Shown: piece after piece, positions 1 to 7,994 of the stretch
How the letters are laid out: the number at the start of each line of letters is the position of its first letter
How positions within the stretch are numbered: position 1 is the stretch's first letter
Virus record (IMG/VR): IMGVR_UViG_3300025652_008283
Location: 1-34,725 of that record
Strand: one strand, 5' to 3'
From: a virus
Taxonomy: Duplodnaviria > Caudoviricetes
Length of the DNA: 34,725 bases
The notes under the pieces: model-generated
What the model was told of the DNA's origin: nothing
Seen by the model: only the letters and a program-made list of their open reading frames with translations
The model's database searches: none
Made by a program: the position numbers and the translations under genes

Positions 1-1200
1 TACTGTATTGGGTATGGTCAAACTCAGCAAAGCCCTACATTCAGCAAATGTGAATTGCTCAATGGTAGTAAAGCCAGCGTTATTTGGGAGGGTGAGACTT
101 TCTGCACTGTCGCAGCCTTGAAATGCTCTTTGTACGATGGTGGAAACACTGTCGGGGATGGTGATGCTCGTCAAGTCGCAGTTTTGGAATGCGCCAAAAC
201 CGATGCTGGTAACGCTGTTGCCGATGGTGACGCTCGTCAGGCTGCTGCTAGAGAATGCGTAACTCCCAATGGTGGTGACGCTGTCAGGGATGATAATGCT
301 CGTCAGGCTAATGCATTGACGGAATACGCTATCCCCGATGCTGGTGAAGTTAACATTATTTGGAAGTGTGACGCTCGTCAGGCTGCATTGAAAGAATGTG
401 TAATCCCCGATGCTGGTGACGCTGTTGGGAATAGTGATGCTCGTCAGGTTAATGCATCGATAGAATGCCTGAGTCCCGATGCTGGTGACGCTGTTGGGAA
501 TAGTAATGCTCGTCAGGCTAAAGCAGCTATCGAATGCGGCACTCCCGATGCTGGTGAAGTTAACATTATTTGGAAGTGTGACGCTCGTCAGGCCAGCGCA
601 GCCAGAGAATGCGCCATACCCGATATTGGTGACGCTGTCGGGAATGGTGATGCTCGTCAGGCTAGTGCAGCCATAGAATGCGTTAGTCCCGATGCTGGTG
701 ACGCTGTCGGGAATGACGATACTTGTAAGAGATTCGCAACCGCCGAATGTATTATTCTCAATCGAGGTAAACGCAGGATTATTTGGAAGCCTGATACTCG
801 TTAGCGCAGAGTAATAGAATGCGAAACTTCCGATGGTGGTGACACTGTCGGGAATCGTGACGCTCTGATTTGTTAAATTATTTCCTGCAAAATTGCTATT
901 GCTAAACGCCGCAAATCCAATGCTGGTTACATTAGTCCCAATATAAATGCTGTCTGGTTGATACGTATTGTAAAACCCATCTGAATTACTAATAGTTGCA
1001 AGATTCCGAGTTTGCTCCACGCCAGCCTGAATATCTATCGTGTATGGGTATGCGGTATCTTTAGAGGCATCACTAAGCGGAAAGTTGGCTAATTTAATTT
1101 TTTTAGTTTTACTTTCGCTGGAGTCTACAACTGGTGAAAAATCTACTGCCGAGTCTGCTGAAGTTATTTCTGTGAGTTCTGATATTTTTTTGTTTGCCAT
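1..1200 (-). CDS. BspA/TpLRR (LRR_5) leucine-rich repeat protein with shared N-terminal module; partial, runs off the window start
   Basis: Not in the ORF track. Manual translation from ATG at 1200: MANKKISELTEITSADSAVDFSPVVDSSESKTKKIKLANFPLS...SIYIGTNVTSIGFAAF...IVIPDSVTSIGTNAFYGCTSLTSITIPDSV...; open to base 1 (...LTIPNTV), 400 codons. Confidence 0.92.
   Translation of the reverse strand, partial: MANKKISELTEITSADSAVDFSPVVDSSESKTKKIKLANFPLSDASKDTAYPYTIDIQAGVEQTRNLATISNSDGFYNTYQPDSIYIGTNVTSIGFAAFSNSNFAGNNLTNQSVTIPDSVTTIGSFAFYYSALTSIRLPNNPAFTSIENNTFGGCESLTSIVIPDSVTSIGTNAFYGCTSLTSITIPDSVTNIGYGAFSGCAGLTSVTLPNNVNFTSIGSAAFDSCFSLTSITIPNSVTSIGTQAFYRCINLTSITIPNSVTSIGDYTFFQCSLTSVTLPNNVNFTSIGDSVFRQCISLTSIIIPDSVTTIGSYAFSSSSLTSVTIGNSVTSIGFGAFQNCDLTSITIPDSVSTIVQRAFQGCDSAESLTLPNNAGFTTIEQFTFAECRALLSLTIPNTV
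334..593. repeat. Exact 50-nt direct repeat inside LRR gene (334-383 and 544-593)
   Basis: cccgatgctggtgaagttaacattatttggaagtgtgacgctcgtcaggc occurs twice, offset 210 nt. Confidence 0.9.
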
Positions 1201-1218
1201 TGTGATTGTGGATTGACT

Positions 1219-1911
1219 TTATATTATGTTAACGGTCACGTTTATGTTCCCGCCAATTGTTTGGCCAGATCCAGCTGTCCAACCCAGTCCAGATGGCGCG
1301 TTTATAGTAAGAGGGGACTGTGTGTTAGTGAAAACATTATCTAGGCCATTTATAATAGAAAAATCTACATTGCAGTTAATTGTCGCTAAGTTAACGCAAT
1401 TACGAAAAGCGTTATCCCCAATACTAGTCACACTGCTGGGAATGGTTAAGCTGTTCAGGGCATTGCAGTTTTGAAGTGCGCCAAGCCCGATGCTGGTAAC
1501 GCTGTCTGGAATATTGATACTTTGGATAGCGGAGCAGAGCCGAAATGCATTTTGACCGATACTTGTGATACCGTTAGCGATGGTTACATCCGTCAGGGCA
1601 TCGCAACGAATGAATGCGGATAACCCAATGCTGGGAACATTGCTCCCAATATAGATACTAGTTAAAGTAGTGTCATCGCCGTAATACTGATTGTAAATCA
1701 ACGGAGCAGTAATATTCCGTGTTTGCTCTACAGCACCGTGAAAGTCTGTAGTGTATGGGTACGCAAATCTTTCAGCCAAATCACTCAGTGGCAAATTACT
1801 AAATCTAATCTTTTTGGTCTCATCTGCGCTGGTATCTACAACAGGTAAGAGGTCAGTTGCTGCGTCAGCTGAAGTTAGTTCCGTAAGTTCTGATGTTTTT
1901 TTGTCTGCCAT
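1219..1911 (-). CDS. BspA/TpLRR leucine-rich repeat protein (short) with shared N-terminal module
   Basis: MADKKTSELTEL...DETKKIRFSNLPLS, then about 5 'IPDSVTSIGxxAFxxCxxL' repeats and a C-cap. Confidence 0.9.
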   Translation of the reverse strand: MADKKTSELTELTSADAATDLLPVVDTSADETKKIRFSNLPLSDLAERFAYPYTTDFHGAVEQTRNITAPLIYNQYYGDDTTLTSIYIGSNVPSIGLSAFIRCDALTDVTIANGITSIGQNAFRLCSAIQSINIPDSVTSIGLGALQNCNALNSLTIPSSVTSIGDNAFRNCVNLATINCNVDFSIINGLDNVFTNTQSPLTINAPSGLGWTAGSGQTIGGNINVTVNII

Positions 1912-1919
1912 ACTATTTA

Positions 1920-1925
1920 TTACAC
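1920..1925 (-). promoter_or_regulatory. GTGTAA motif (putative phage late promoter), 8 nt before ATG 1911
   Basis: Minus strand reads GTGTAA TAAATAGT ATG; the same motif with 8-10 nt spacing occurs at five other starts. Confidence 0.6.
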
Positions 1926-2016
1926 TAAACGTCTTGCTGAAGAATTACTTTAAAGAAGTTTCATCGCGAAAAGAGTGCGTCTTCAGATTTTATTTGCATA
2001 ATTTTAAAAATTCGAA

Positions 2017-2751
2017 TTATAGATCTGCTGTGACGTTAAAGCCTGCATATGTTGATTCGTATGCTGCTCCTTGTGGTACGTGAAATTCAGCATTAGTTGG
2101 CACGTTTGCGAACGTGTTAACTTTAAATGTCGGTGGGTTTTGTGCGTAACAATTAATTCTTGATAGATTGTTGCAGTTAACAAACGAAAATTGGCCCATA
2201 CTAATTACAGAACTGCCAATCGTGATATCTGTCATGGTGGCATTTCCTGCGAAAGCTTGTTGGTTAATTGTTAAAACAGAGTTCGGCACAACAAAAGAAG
2301 AAAGGTCGCAATCCTTAAAACAATAATCAGGAATTTCTGTTATACCTTGGACAATGGTTGCTTTCGTAAGATTGCTGCAGCCTTCGAATGCTTGTGACCC
2401 AATACTTGTAACGCTGTTACCTATGTTGACACTCGTCAGGTTGGTACAGTCCTGAAATGCTTGCGTCCCGATGCCAGTGACAGAAGAACCAAAAAAAATA
2501 GCCTCAATAGAATCATTACTTATAAATCCATCGGTATTACCAATAAATGTTAAGTTTTGTGTAACTGCGCTACCAGCATCAAACCAAGTCGTTGTTAAGA
2601 GTATTTGGCTTAAAAACGCTGAGCTAAGAGGTAAATTTTCTGGTCTTATTTTTTTTGTTTCATTGGCACTGCTATCTGAAATTACCAAAAAATCGTCTGC
2701 CGCCTTTATATAGGTTTCTTCACTTAGTTGTGATATTTTTTTGCCTGCCAT
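2017..2751 (-). CDS. BspA/TpLRR leucine-rich repeat protein with shared N-terminal module
   Basis: MAGKKISQLSEE...ANETKKIRPENLPLS; about 6 LRR_5 repeats; C-cap INCYAQNPPT...HVPQGA..Y. Confidence 0.9.
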   Translation of the reverse strand: MAGKKISQLSEETYIKAADDFLVISDSSANETKKIRPENLPLSSAFLSQILLTTTWFDAGSAVTQNLTFIGNTDGFISNDSIEAIFFGSSVTGIGTQAFQDCTNLTSVNIGNSVTSIGSQAFEGCSNLTKATIVQGITEIPDYCFKDCDLSSFVVPNSVLTINQQAFAGNATMTDITIGSSVISMGQFSFVNCNNLSRINCYAQNPPTFKVNTFANVPTNAEFHVPQGAAYESTYAGFNVTADL

Positions 2752-2759
2752 GAATATTA

Positions 2760-2765
2760 TTACAC
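2760..2765 (-). promoter_or_regulatory. GTGTAA motif, 8 nt before ATG 2751
   Basis: Minus strand reads GTGTAA TAATATTC ATG. Confidence 0.6.
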
Positions 2766-2776
2766 CTAGTTTCTAA

Positions 2777-4966
2777 TTATAGATCTGCTACGACATTTAA
2801 ACCCCCAAATGTTAGTCCATATGCTGTAGATGCAGCTTGTGGTACGTGAATGTCTGTGGTATCTACCCCCGCAAAGACGGAACTTCCAACTGTTGGCGGA
2901 GTAGGCGCGTAGCAGTTAATTGTTGCTAAGCCAGTGCAGTTATTGAATGCGCTATTCCCGATGCTGGTGACGCCAGTGGGGATGTTGATGCCAGTCAGGC
3001 TAGTGCAGTTAATAAACGCTTGTTGTTCCATACCCGTCAAGTTATTGCTTAATATTGCACTCGTTAGACCAGAGCAATTGTTGAAGACGCTGGCCCCAAA
3101 GCTGGTGATGTTGTCGGGAATAGTCACACCTGTCAGGCTGACGTTACCCCAAAATGTTTGTTGTTCGAGTCTTGTTATGCCTGTGCCAATAGTCACATCA
3201 GTTATATCGCTGCAGCCATAGAATACCTGTGTCCCCATGCCAGTAACGCTGTCGGGGATGATGATACCCGTCAGGCGGAGGCATGAAAAGAATGCTTGAT
3301 TCTCGATGATGGTGACGCTGTCGGGAATGGTTATGCTTGGCAGACTTCTGCAGTTCCAGAATGCGGCATCCCCGATGCTGGTGACGCTATTGCCGATGGT
3401 TGCGCTCGACAGGCCAGTGCAGTTAAAGAATGCTTGATTCGCGATGCTGGTGACGCTGTCGGGAATGGTGATGCTCGGCAGGCTAGTGCAGCCAGAGAAT
3501 GCACCATCCTTAATGCTGGTGAACTCAATGTTATTTGGAAGTGTGACGCTCGTCAGGCTAGTGCAGCTTTGGAATGCGTCTTCCCCGATGCTGGTGACAC
3601 TGTCGGGAATGGTTATGCTTGGCAGACTTCTGCAGTAACGGAATGCGTCATCCCCGATGCTGGTGACGCTGTTGCCGAGTGTAACACCAGTCATAGCGGT
3701 GCATTGATAGAATGCGCCCCTCCCGATGCTGGTGACACTGTCGGGGATGGTGATGCCAGTTAGTTCTACGAAGTCTGTAAACGATTCAGCGCCGATGCCA
3801 GTAACGCTGTTAGGGATGGTGATGCTTTCAACGTTGTAGCAACCGAAGTAAGTCCCTGAGTCTATCTGCTCGGTGTTATTTGGGATGTTGATGGCCGCAA
3901 CCTTATCGTAAAAACTAGAGCCAACCGCCTCTAAGTCTAGGCTGGAGCTGTTTAGGGTGATCTCAAGGTTGGCGTTGGTGTTTAATACCGCATCAGCGCC
4001 GATACCTGTAACGCCAGTACCGATTGTTAGCCCCGTCAGGCCAGTGCAGTCTCGGAATGCGGAATCCCCGATGCTGGTGACACTGTCGGGGATGATGATG
4101 CCAGTCAGACTTCTGCAGGAATTGAATGCTCTAACCCCCACACCTGTGACACTGTCGGGAATGGTTATGCTTGGCAGGCTGGTGCAGCTTCGAAATGCGC
4201 TGTTTCTTATATCGACGACATTGTCGCCGATGTTAGCGCCTGTTAAACCGTTAGCATAGAACGAGAAATCTCCGATATATTTTAACCCAGTTCCAATATT
4301 TAAGTTTGTTGCACTCTGGCACACATAGAATGAGCCGAACTCTATACCTGTGACGCTATCGGGAATTATAATTTCACTTAAAGCGGCATTTTGAAAGCAC
4401 CAAGACCCGATATTTTTAAGTTTGTCTGGAAAGGTAATACCAGTTAGGTTAGCACAGTTGGCGAATGCACCACCCCCGATACTGGTGACGCCGTCAGGAA
4501 TGGTGATATTATTTAGGCCAGAGCAGTCATGGAATGTGCTACCTTGGATTTGGGTGACGCCGTCGGGAACGATCATGCTCGTCAGGCCGCTGCATTTGCG
4601 AAATGCGCTTCCCCCGATGCTGGTGACGTTTTTGCCGATGGTCGCGTTACTTAGGTTGGTACAATTGTAGAATGCTTGAATCCCGATACCAGTAACTTCA
4701 ACGCCCATACGGATGGATTCGAGGGTGCTGGAATCATAAAAACCACTAAATTCATCAATATTTTCATAATAACCCACGAAAGAATTAGTTGATTCCGAGT
4801 AAATTGTTTGATTAATTGATTGACTTTCAACTCTTGAGCTGAGTGGTAAATTTTGTGGCCTGGTTTTTTTTGTTTCATTAGCACTAACATCCTCCACTAT
4901 CAGAAAGTCATTAGTTCTATCTACGTAAAACTTTTCATTAAGATCTGTTATTCTTTTATTTGCCAT
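2777..4966 (-). CDS. Long BspA/TpLRR leucine-rich repeat protein (roughly 25 repeats) with shared N-terminal module
   Basis: The track starts at 4984 (TTG), but ATG at 4966 (MANKRITDLNE...ANETKKTRPQNLPLS) matches the paralog starts. 23-aa LRR_5 repeats; C-cap INCYAPTPPT...HVPQAA. Confidence 0.92.
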   Translation of the reverse strand: MANKRITDLNEKFYVDRTNDFLIVEDVSANETKKTRPQNLPLSSRVESQSINQTIYSESTNSFVGYYENIDEFSGFYDSSTLESIRMGVEVTGIGIQAFYNCTNLSNATIGKNVTSIGGSAFRKCSGLTSMIVPDGVTQIQGSTFHDCSGLNNITIPDGVTSIGGGAFANCANLTGITFPDKLKNIGSWCFQNAALSEIIIPDSVTGIEFGSFYVCQSATNLNIGTGLKYIGDFSFYANGLTGANIGDNVVDIRNSAFRSCTSLPSITIPDSVTGVGVRAFNSCRSLTGIIIPDSVTSIGDSAFRDCTGLTGLTIGTGVTGIGADAVLNTNANLEITLNSSSLDLEAVGSSFYDKVAAINIPNNTEQIDSGTYFGCYNVESITIPNSVTGIGAESFTDFVELTGITIPDSVTSIGRGAFYQCTAMTGVTLGNSVTSIGDDAFRYCRSLPSITIPDSVTSIGEDAFQSCTSLTSVTLPNNIEFTSIKDGAFSGCTSLPSITIPDSVTSIANQAFFNCTGLSSATIGNSVTSIGDAAFWNCRSLPSITIPDSVTIIENQAFFSCLRLTGIIIPDSVTGMGTQVFYGCSDITDVTIGTGITRLEQQTFWGNVSLTGVTIPDNITSFGASVFNNCSGLTSAILSNNLTGMEQQAFINCTSLTGINIPTGVTSIGNSAFNNCTGLATINCYAPTPPTVGSSVFAGVDTTDIHVPQAASTAYGLTFGGLNVVADL
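3318..3636. repeat. Exact 37-nt direct repeat inside LRR gene (3318-3354 and 3600-3636; partial third copy 4152-4177)
   Basis: ctgtcgggaatggttatgcttggcagacttctgcagt. Confidence 0.9.
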
Positions 4967-4970
4967 AATA

Positions 4971-6167
4971 CTAAGCCTCTTCAATGGTTAATCCGCCGTA
5001 TTCTCCTTTTATGTCACCTGCATCGAGACCCCTAGCGACGTATGATCCACTAGAGCCGTTTGGAACGATAATTTTTGTTAAGTTGGGACAGTTGTTAAAT
5101 GCATCAACCCCCAATATTGGGGCGTCTACAGCTAAACTAATTAAGTTGGTTAAGGAAGCGGAGCCTCGGAATGCAGCAGCTCCGATGACCTCAACGCTAT
5201 TAGGGATAGTGACGCTCGTAAGGCTATCGAGATTGCGAAATGCGGAAGCCCCGATGCTCGCGACGCTATTGCCAATGACGAGGCCCGTCAGACCAGTACA
5301 GTTTAAGAATGTGTTCTGCGCGATAATTTCAACGCTGTCGGGAATGATAATGTTCTCAAGACTACCACAGTTAGAAAACGTGTTATTCCCGATACTCTCG
5401 ATGCTGTCGGGAATAATAATATCCTCTAAGTTGATACAATTAAAGAATAAAAAATTTGGCATTGTGACGAAATCAATATTATCTGGAAGTGTGATACCCG
5501 TTAGGGCAGTGCAGTTACCGAAAACTTGAGTCCCGATACCAGTGACGCTGTCTGGAATGGTAATGCTCGTCAGGCCATCGCAGTTTGCGAATGCTAGAGA
5601 CCCGATGCTGGTGACGCTGTTGCCGATCTTCGCGCTCGTCAGACCAGTGCAGCCAGCGAATGCGTAACCCCCAATGCTGGTGACGCTGTTGCCGACGTTG
5701 ATGCTGGCCAGGCTGCTGCAGTAATAGAATGCGGCACTCCCGATGCTGGTGACAGAATCTGGAATATTAATACCTTTGCATTTGTCTTGGTCAAAAAACG
5801 CTTCGTCTCCGATATTTGTTATGTTATTAGTTAGAGTGACATAACCACTTATTTTGTTAGTAAGACTTTCAAATGCAGCATCTTCAATTCCAGTTACATT
5901 AGTGCCTATATAGTAGTTATTTTTGGGGTCGTTTTCAAAGAAACCACTGGGTATAGAGGTGAGGTTTAATGCGTTAAATGGTTCAACATTAGACCCAACA
6001 CCAAAAACAAATGGGAAGTTTGAATTTGCCTCAGATAAACTCAGCGGCATATTGTAAGACAAAAATTTATAATTTTGATTGGTAGCACTTCCAACGCTTA
6101 ATAAAGAATCGTTGATTTTGTCAACTAATCCCAATTCTGTCAGTTGTGATATTTTTTTGTCTTCCAT
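4971..6167 (-). CDS. BspA/TpLRR leucine-rich repeat protein (about 12 repeats) with shared N-terminal module
   Basis: MEDKKISQLTEL...YNMPLS; repeats such as IPDSVTSIGSAAFYYCSSL; C-cap APILGVDAF...IIVPNGSSGSY. Confidence 0.9.
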   Translation of the reverse strand: MEDKKISQLTELGLVDKINDSLLSVGSATNQNYKFLSYNMPLSLSEANSNFPFVFGVGSNVEPFNALNLTSIPSGFFENDPKNNYYIGTNVTGIEDAAFESLTNKISGYVTLTNNITNIGDEAFFDQDKCKGINIPDSVTSIGSAAFYYCSSLASINVGNSVTSIGGYAFAGCTGLTSAKIGNSVTSIGSLAFANCDGLTSITIPDSVTGIGTQVFGNCTALTGITLPDNIDFVTMPNFLFFNCINLEDIIIPDSIESIGNNTFSNCGSLENIIIPDSVEIIAQNTFLNCTGLTGLVIGNSVASIGASAFRNLDSLTSVTIPNSVEVIGAAAFRGSASLTNLISLAVDAPILGVDAFNNCPNLTKIIVPNGSSGSYVARGLDAGDIKGEYGGLTIEEA

Positions 6168-6176
6168 AGTGTATTT

Positions 6177-6182
6177 TTACAC
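6177..6182 (-). promoter_or_regulatory. GTGTAA motif, 9 nt before ATG 6167, embedded in an inverted repeat
   Basis: Minus strand reads GTGTAA AAATACACT ATG; 6168-6183 is agtgta-tttt-tacact. Confidence 0.6.
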
Positions 6183-6216
6183 TAAATATGGAATTGCATG
6201 TTGTTTTCGGTCTGTT

Positions 6217-6489
6217 TTATTCTACTACTCCGTGTTCAAGTTCATACATTTCTTTTAGGTATTTAGTAATTAGATCTTCATATTCATCGTCAAAAATGTA
6301 TTCATCGTCATCAATAGGGCCATGGTCTTCCTTTACACCACTTATGATTTTATCTAATTCTCGAATATGATATAATGAAAAAACATCAGAATCTTGAATA
6401 AGTGAGTCATAGCTTTCTAGGGCTGACTCATAAGATTCTTGAGTTTCTACCGTTTCTTGGTTGTTTTTTGTATATATTATATAATGCAT
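6217..6489 (-). CDS. Small acidic hypothetical protein
   Basis: 90-aa ORF packed against the upstream gene; D/E-rich; no recognisable motif. Confidence 0.7.
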   Translation of the reverse strand: MHYIIYTKNNQETVETQESYESALESYDSLIQDSDVFSLYHIRELDKIISGVKEDHGPIDDDEYIFDDEYEDLITKYLKEMYELEHGVVE

Positions 6490-6491
6490 AA

Positions 6492-6860
6492 TTATTTGTA
6501 TATTGACTGGCGTATTGTTTTGGCGGGTTTATCAGAAAACTGCTCTACATATTTTACACCCGCATAATATATATCAGTAGGACTTAGGTTATTTTTATAA
6601 AAGCCTTTTCGGGGAGGCCCTATTTTATTTACTATTTCGCATTTAATATATTTATCAAAAAACTCTAATTCTTTAAAAAAATGTATTTCAGCTACATCTG
6701 GAGTAACTTGCGCGTGACCCATGCCAAATTTTTTGTGGCAAACAATATATAATCCAGGATGAGTCTTGGATTCGTTGTGGGTGTTTATGGTTGGAAATCC
6801 TAACTTAGAGCTTAGACCCATGCCTTTGAAGACTTCACCAAATATGAGGTTTTTATTCAT
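6492..6860 (-). CDS. Stand-alone riboflavin kinase-like protein (flavokinase / RibF C-terminal fold)
   Basis: GEVFKGMGLSSKLGFPTIN...PGLY...EIHF resembles the flavokinase pattern GxVxxGxGRGxxLGFPTAN...GVY...ExH. Confidence 0.7.
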   Translation of the reverse strand: MNKNLIFGEVFKGMGLSSKLGFPTINTHNESKTHPGLYIVCHKKFGMGHAQVTPDVAEIHFFKELEFFDKYIKCEIVNKIGPPRKGFYKNNLSPTDIYYAGVKYVEQFSDKPAKTIRQSIYK

Positions 6861-7470
6861 TTATAATGTATTTTTTAAAAACCCTCAAAGCTATAGACAT
6901 TTTAATCATTTTATTTTTAAATGTGGGGACAAAACATATTGTCCACCTTCCTTGGGTTTTAGATGGATTATAAGTAGAGTGAGGCAAACCCACATTTAGC
7001 AAACTTGGAATATTTGTATTTGCTTCAAATACTATTTCAGAATCTTCTTCTTTAGCAATGCGAAATGGATTAACTGAGTAATCTCTAGTTTTTGAAAAAT
7101 TATCTTTCAAGGACGAACTTGAATCTGTTAAATGATTTTCAGCTTTCGTAGTGTCAGACATGGGTGTGATTTTTTTGGTTTTCCACCATCTTGTAACTCC
7201 TCCCTCTGGCCCCCAAGTCATATTTATTTTAACATGGTCTGAATCCATATCATCGGTATGAATTGGTATTGATGCTAATGGAGGCGTATAAAAACACTCT
7301 ACACAACCAATACCGCATCCCAGTCCTTTCAACCAAGATATAACAACTTCATTTGAATGTTCATCTTCTAAAAGGTTTTTTTGTTGCGGCGTATCAAATG
7401 TTTTTCCAAAATATAAAGGTTTTGAAATTTCAAATGGTAAATTTAAATATCTGTGGTAGATGTTTTCCAT
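6853..7470 (-). CDS. Fe(II)/2-oxoglutarate dioxygenase-like (double-stranded beta-helix) protein
   Basis: FYTPP..IPIHTD...KIN...LLNVGLPHSTYN...RWTICF: HxD...H triad plus distal R. Confidence 0.7.
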   Translation of the reverse strand: MENIYHRYLNLPFEISKPLYFGKTFDTPQQKNLLEDEHSNEVVISWLKGLGCGIGCVECFYTPPLASIPIHTDDMDSDHVKINMTWGPEGGVTRWWKTKKITPMSDTTKAENHLTDSSSSLKDNFSKTRDYSVNPFRIAKEEDSEIVFEANTNIPSLLNVGLPHSTYNPSKTQGRWTICFVPTFKNKMIKMSIALRVFKKYIINE

Positions 7471-7994
7471 TGTTTTATCTTTCGTTTTAGCACTGGATAT
7501 GATAGTTTATTTTTATCTAAAGAGAACTCTATACTAAACAAACACCTCTCTCCTTCAAAATTATAAACGGCGTGTGGAATTTGGTTGTTGAATAAGTAAA
7601 ATTTATTTATTTCATAATCTAATTTTTCAAAATTAGCATAATGCGTAGGTGGCTTTCCATCTTTACCTAGTTGGTTTTGGAGAACCTCCTCAGAAAACAG
7701 AGTGACCGAGTTCGTATGGCTCAATAACACGTTTATACAGACACCTCGGCTGACATCTTTGTGAAAATTATACAATAGATTGGGCGACATTTTAATAATG
7801 CCACATTTAAATGGCACTAGCTCATAAAGCCAACAGAGGAATGGATTATCTTTAACGAATTGCTCTTCGCTTTCTTTTTCAAAGGGGTAAACATAAAACC
7901 CGTTATGGTTATACGAATCGGATTCAATATTGAGATTAGATAGATTTATATCTTGGTCGCAAATTTTAAAATAATAATTATCAGCAGTTTCCAT
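7443..7994 (-). CDS. Fe(II)/2OG dioxygenase-like protein (AspH-like cupin)
   Basis: FHKD..RGVCINVLL...YLFNNQIPHAVYNFEGERCLFSIEF. Confidence 0.72.
   Translation of the reverse strand: METADNYYFKICDQDINLSNLNIESDSYNHNGFYVYPFEKESEEQFVKDNPFLCWLYELVPFKCGIIKMSPNLLYNFHKDVSRGVCINVLLSHTNSVTLFSEEVLQNQLGKDGKPPTHYANFEKLDYEINKFYLFNNQIPHAVYNFEGERCLFSIEFSLDKNKLSYPVLKRKIKQWKTSTTDI

Noticed and set aside
1926-2016. Intergenic mini-ORF on the minus strand (MQIKSEDALFSR*NFFKVILQQDV*) and a weak ctgaaga/tcttcag inverted repeat
   Set aside because: Too short and interrupted by TGA. It may be a gene relic, but I cannot support that.
55-5529. Plus-strand ORFs with repeats such as 'IPDAGDAVGNGDARQA' and 'MLVTLSGMVMLVRLVQ' (55-804, 479-676, 2934-3221, 3296-3763, 3444-3638, 3957-4259, 4422-4670, 4984-5529)
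   Set aside because: They are antisense shadows of the LRR codons. The minus-strand frames give canonical LRR_5 proteins with shared starts and upstream motifs.
100-5760. Roughly 69-nt periodic repeats resembling a CRISPR array
   Set aside because: The period is a multiple of three, the units are degenerate and in-frame coding, the 'spacers' resemble each other, and there is no cas operon.
1-6167. Diversity-generating retroelement acting on the LRR genes
   Set aside because: There is no reverse transcriptase in the window, no non-coding template repeat, and the differences between copies do not look adenine-restricted. An RT elsewhere in the genome cannot be excluded.
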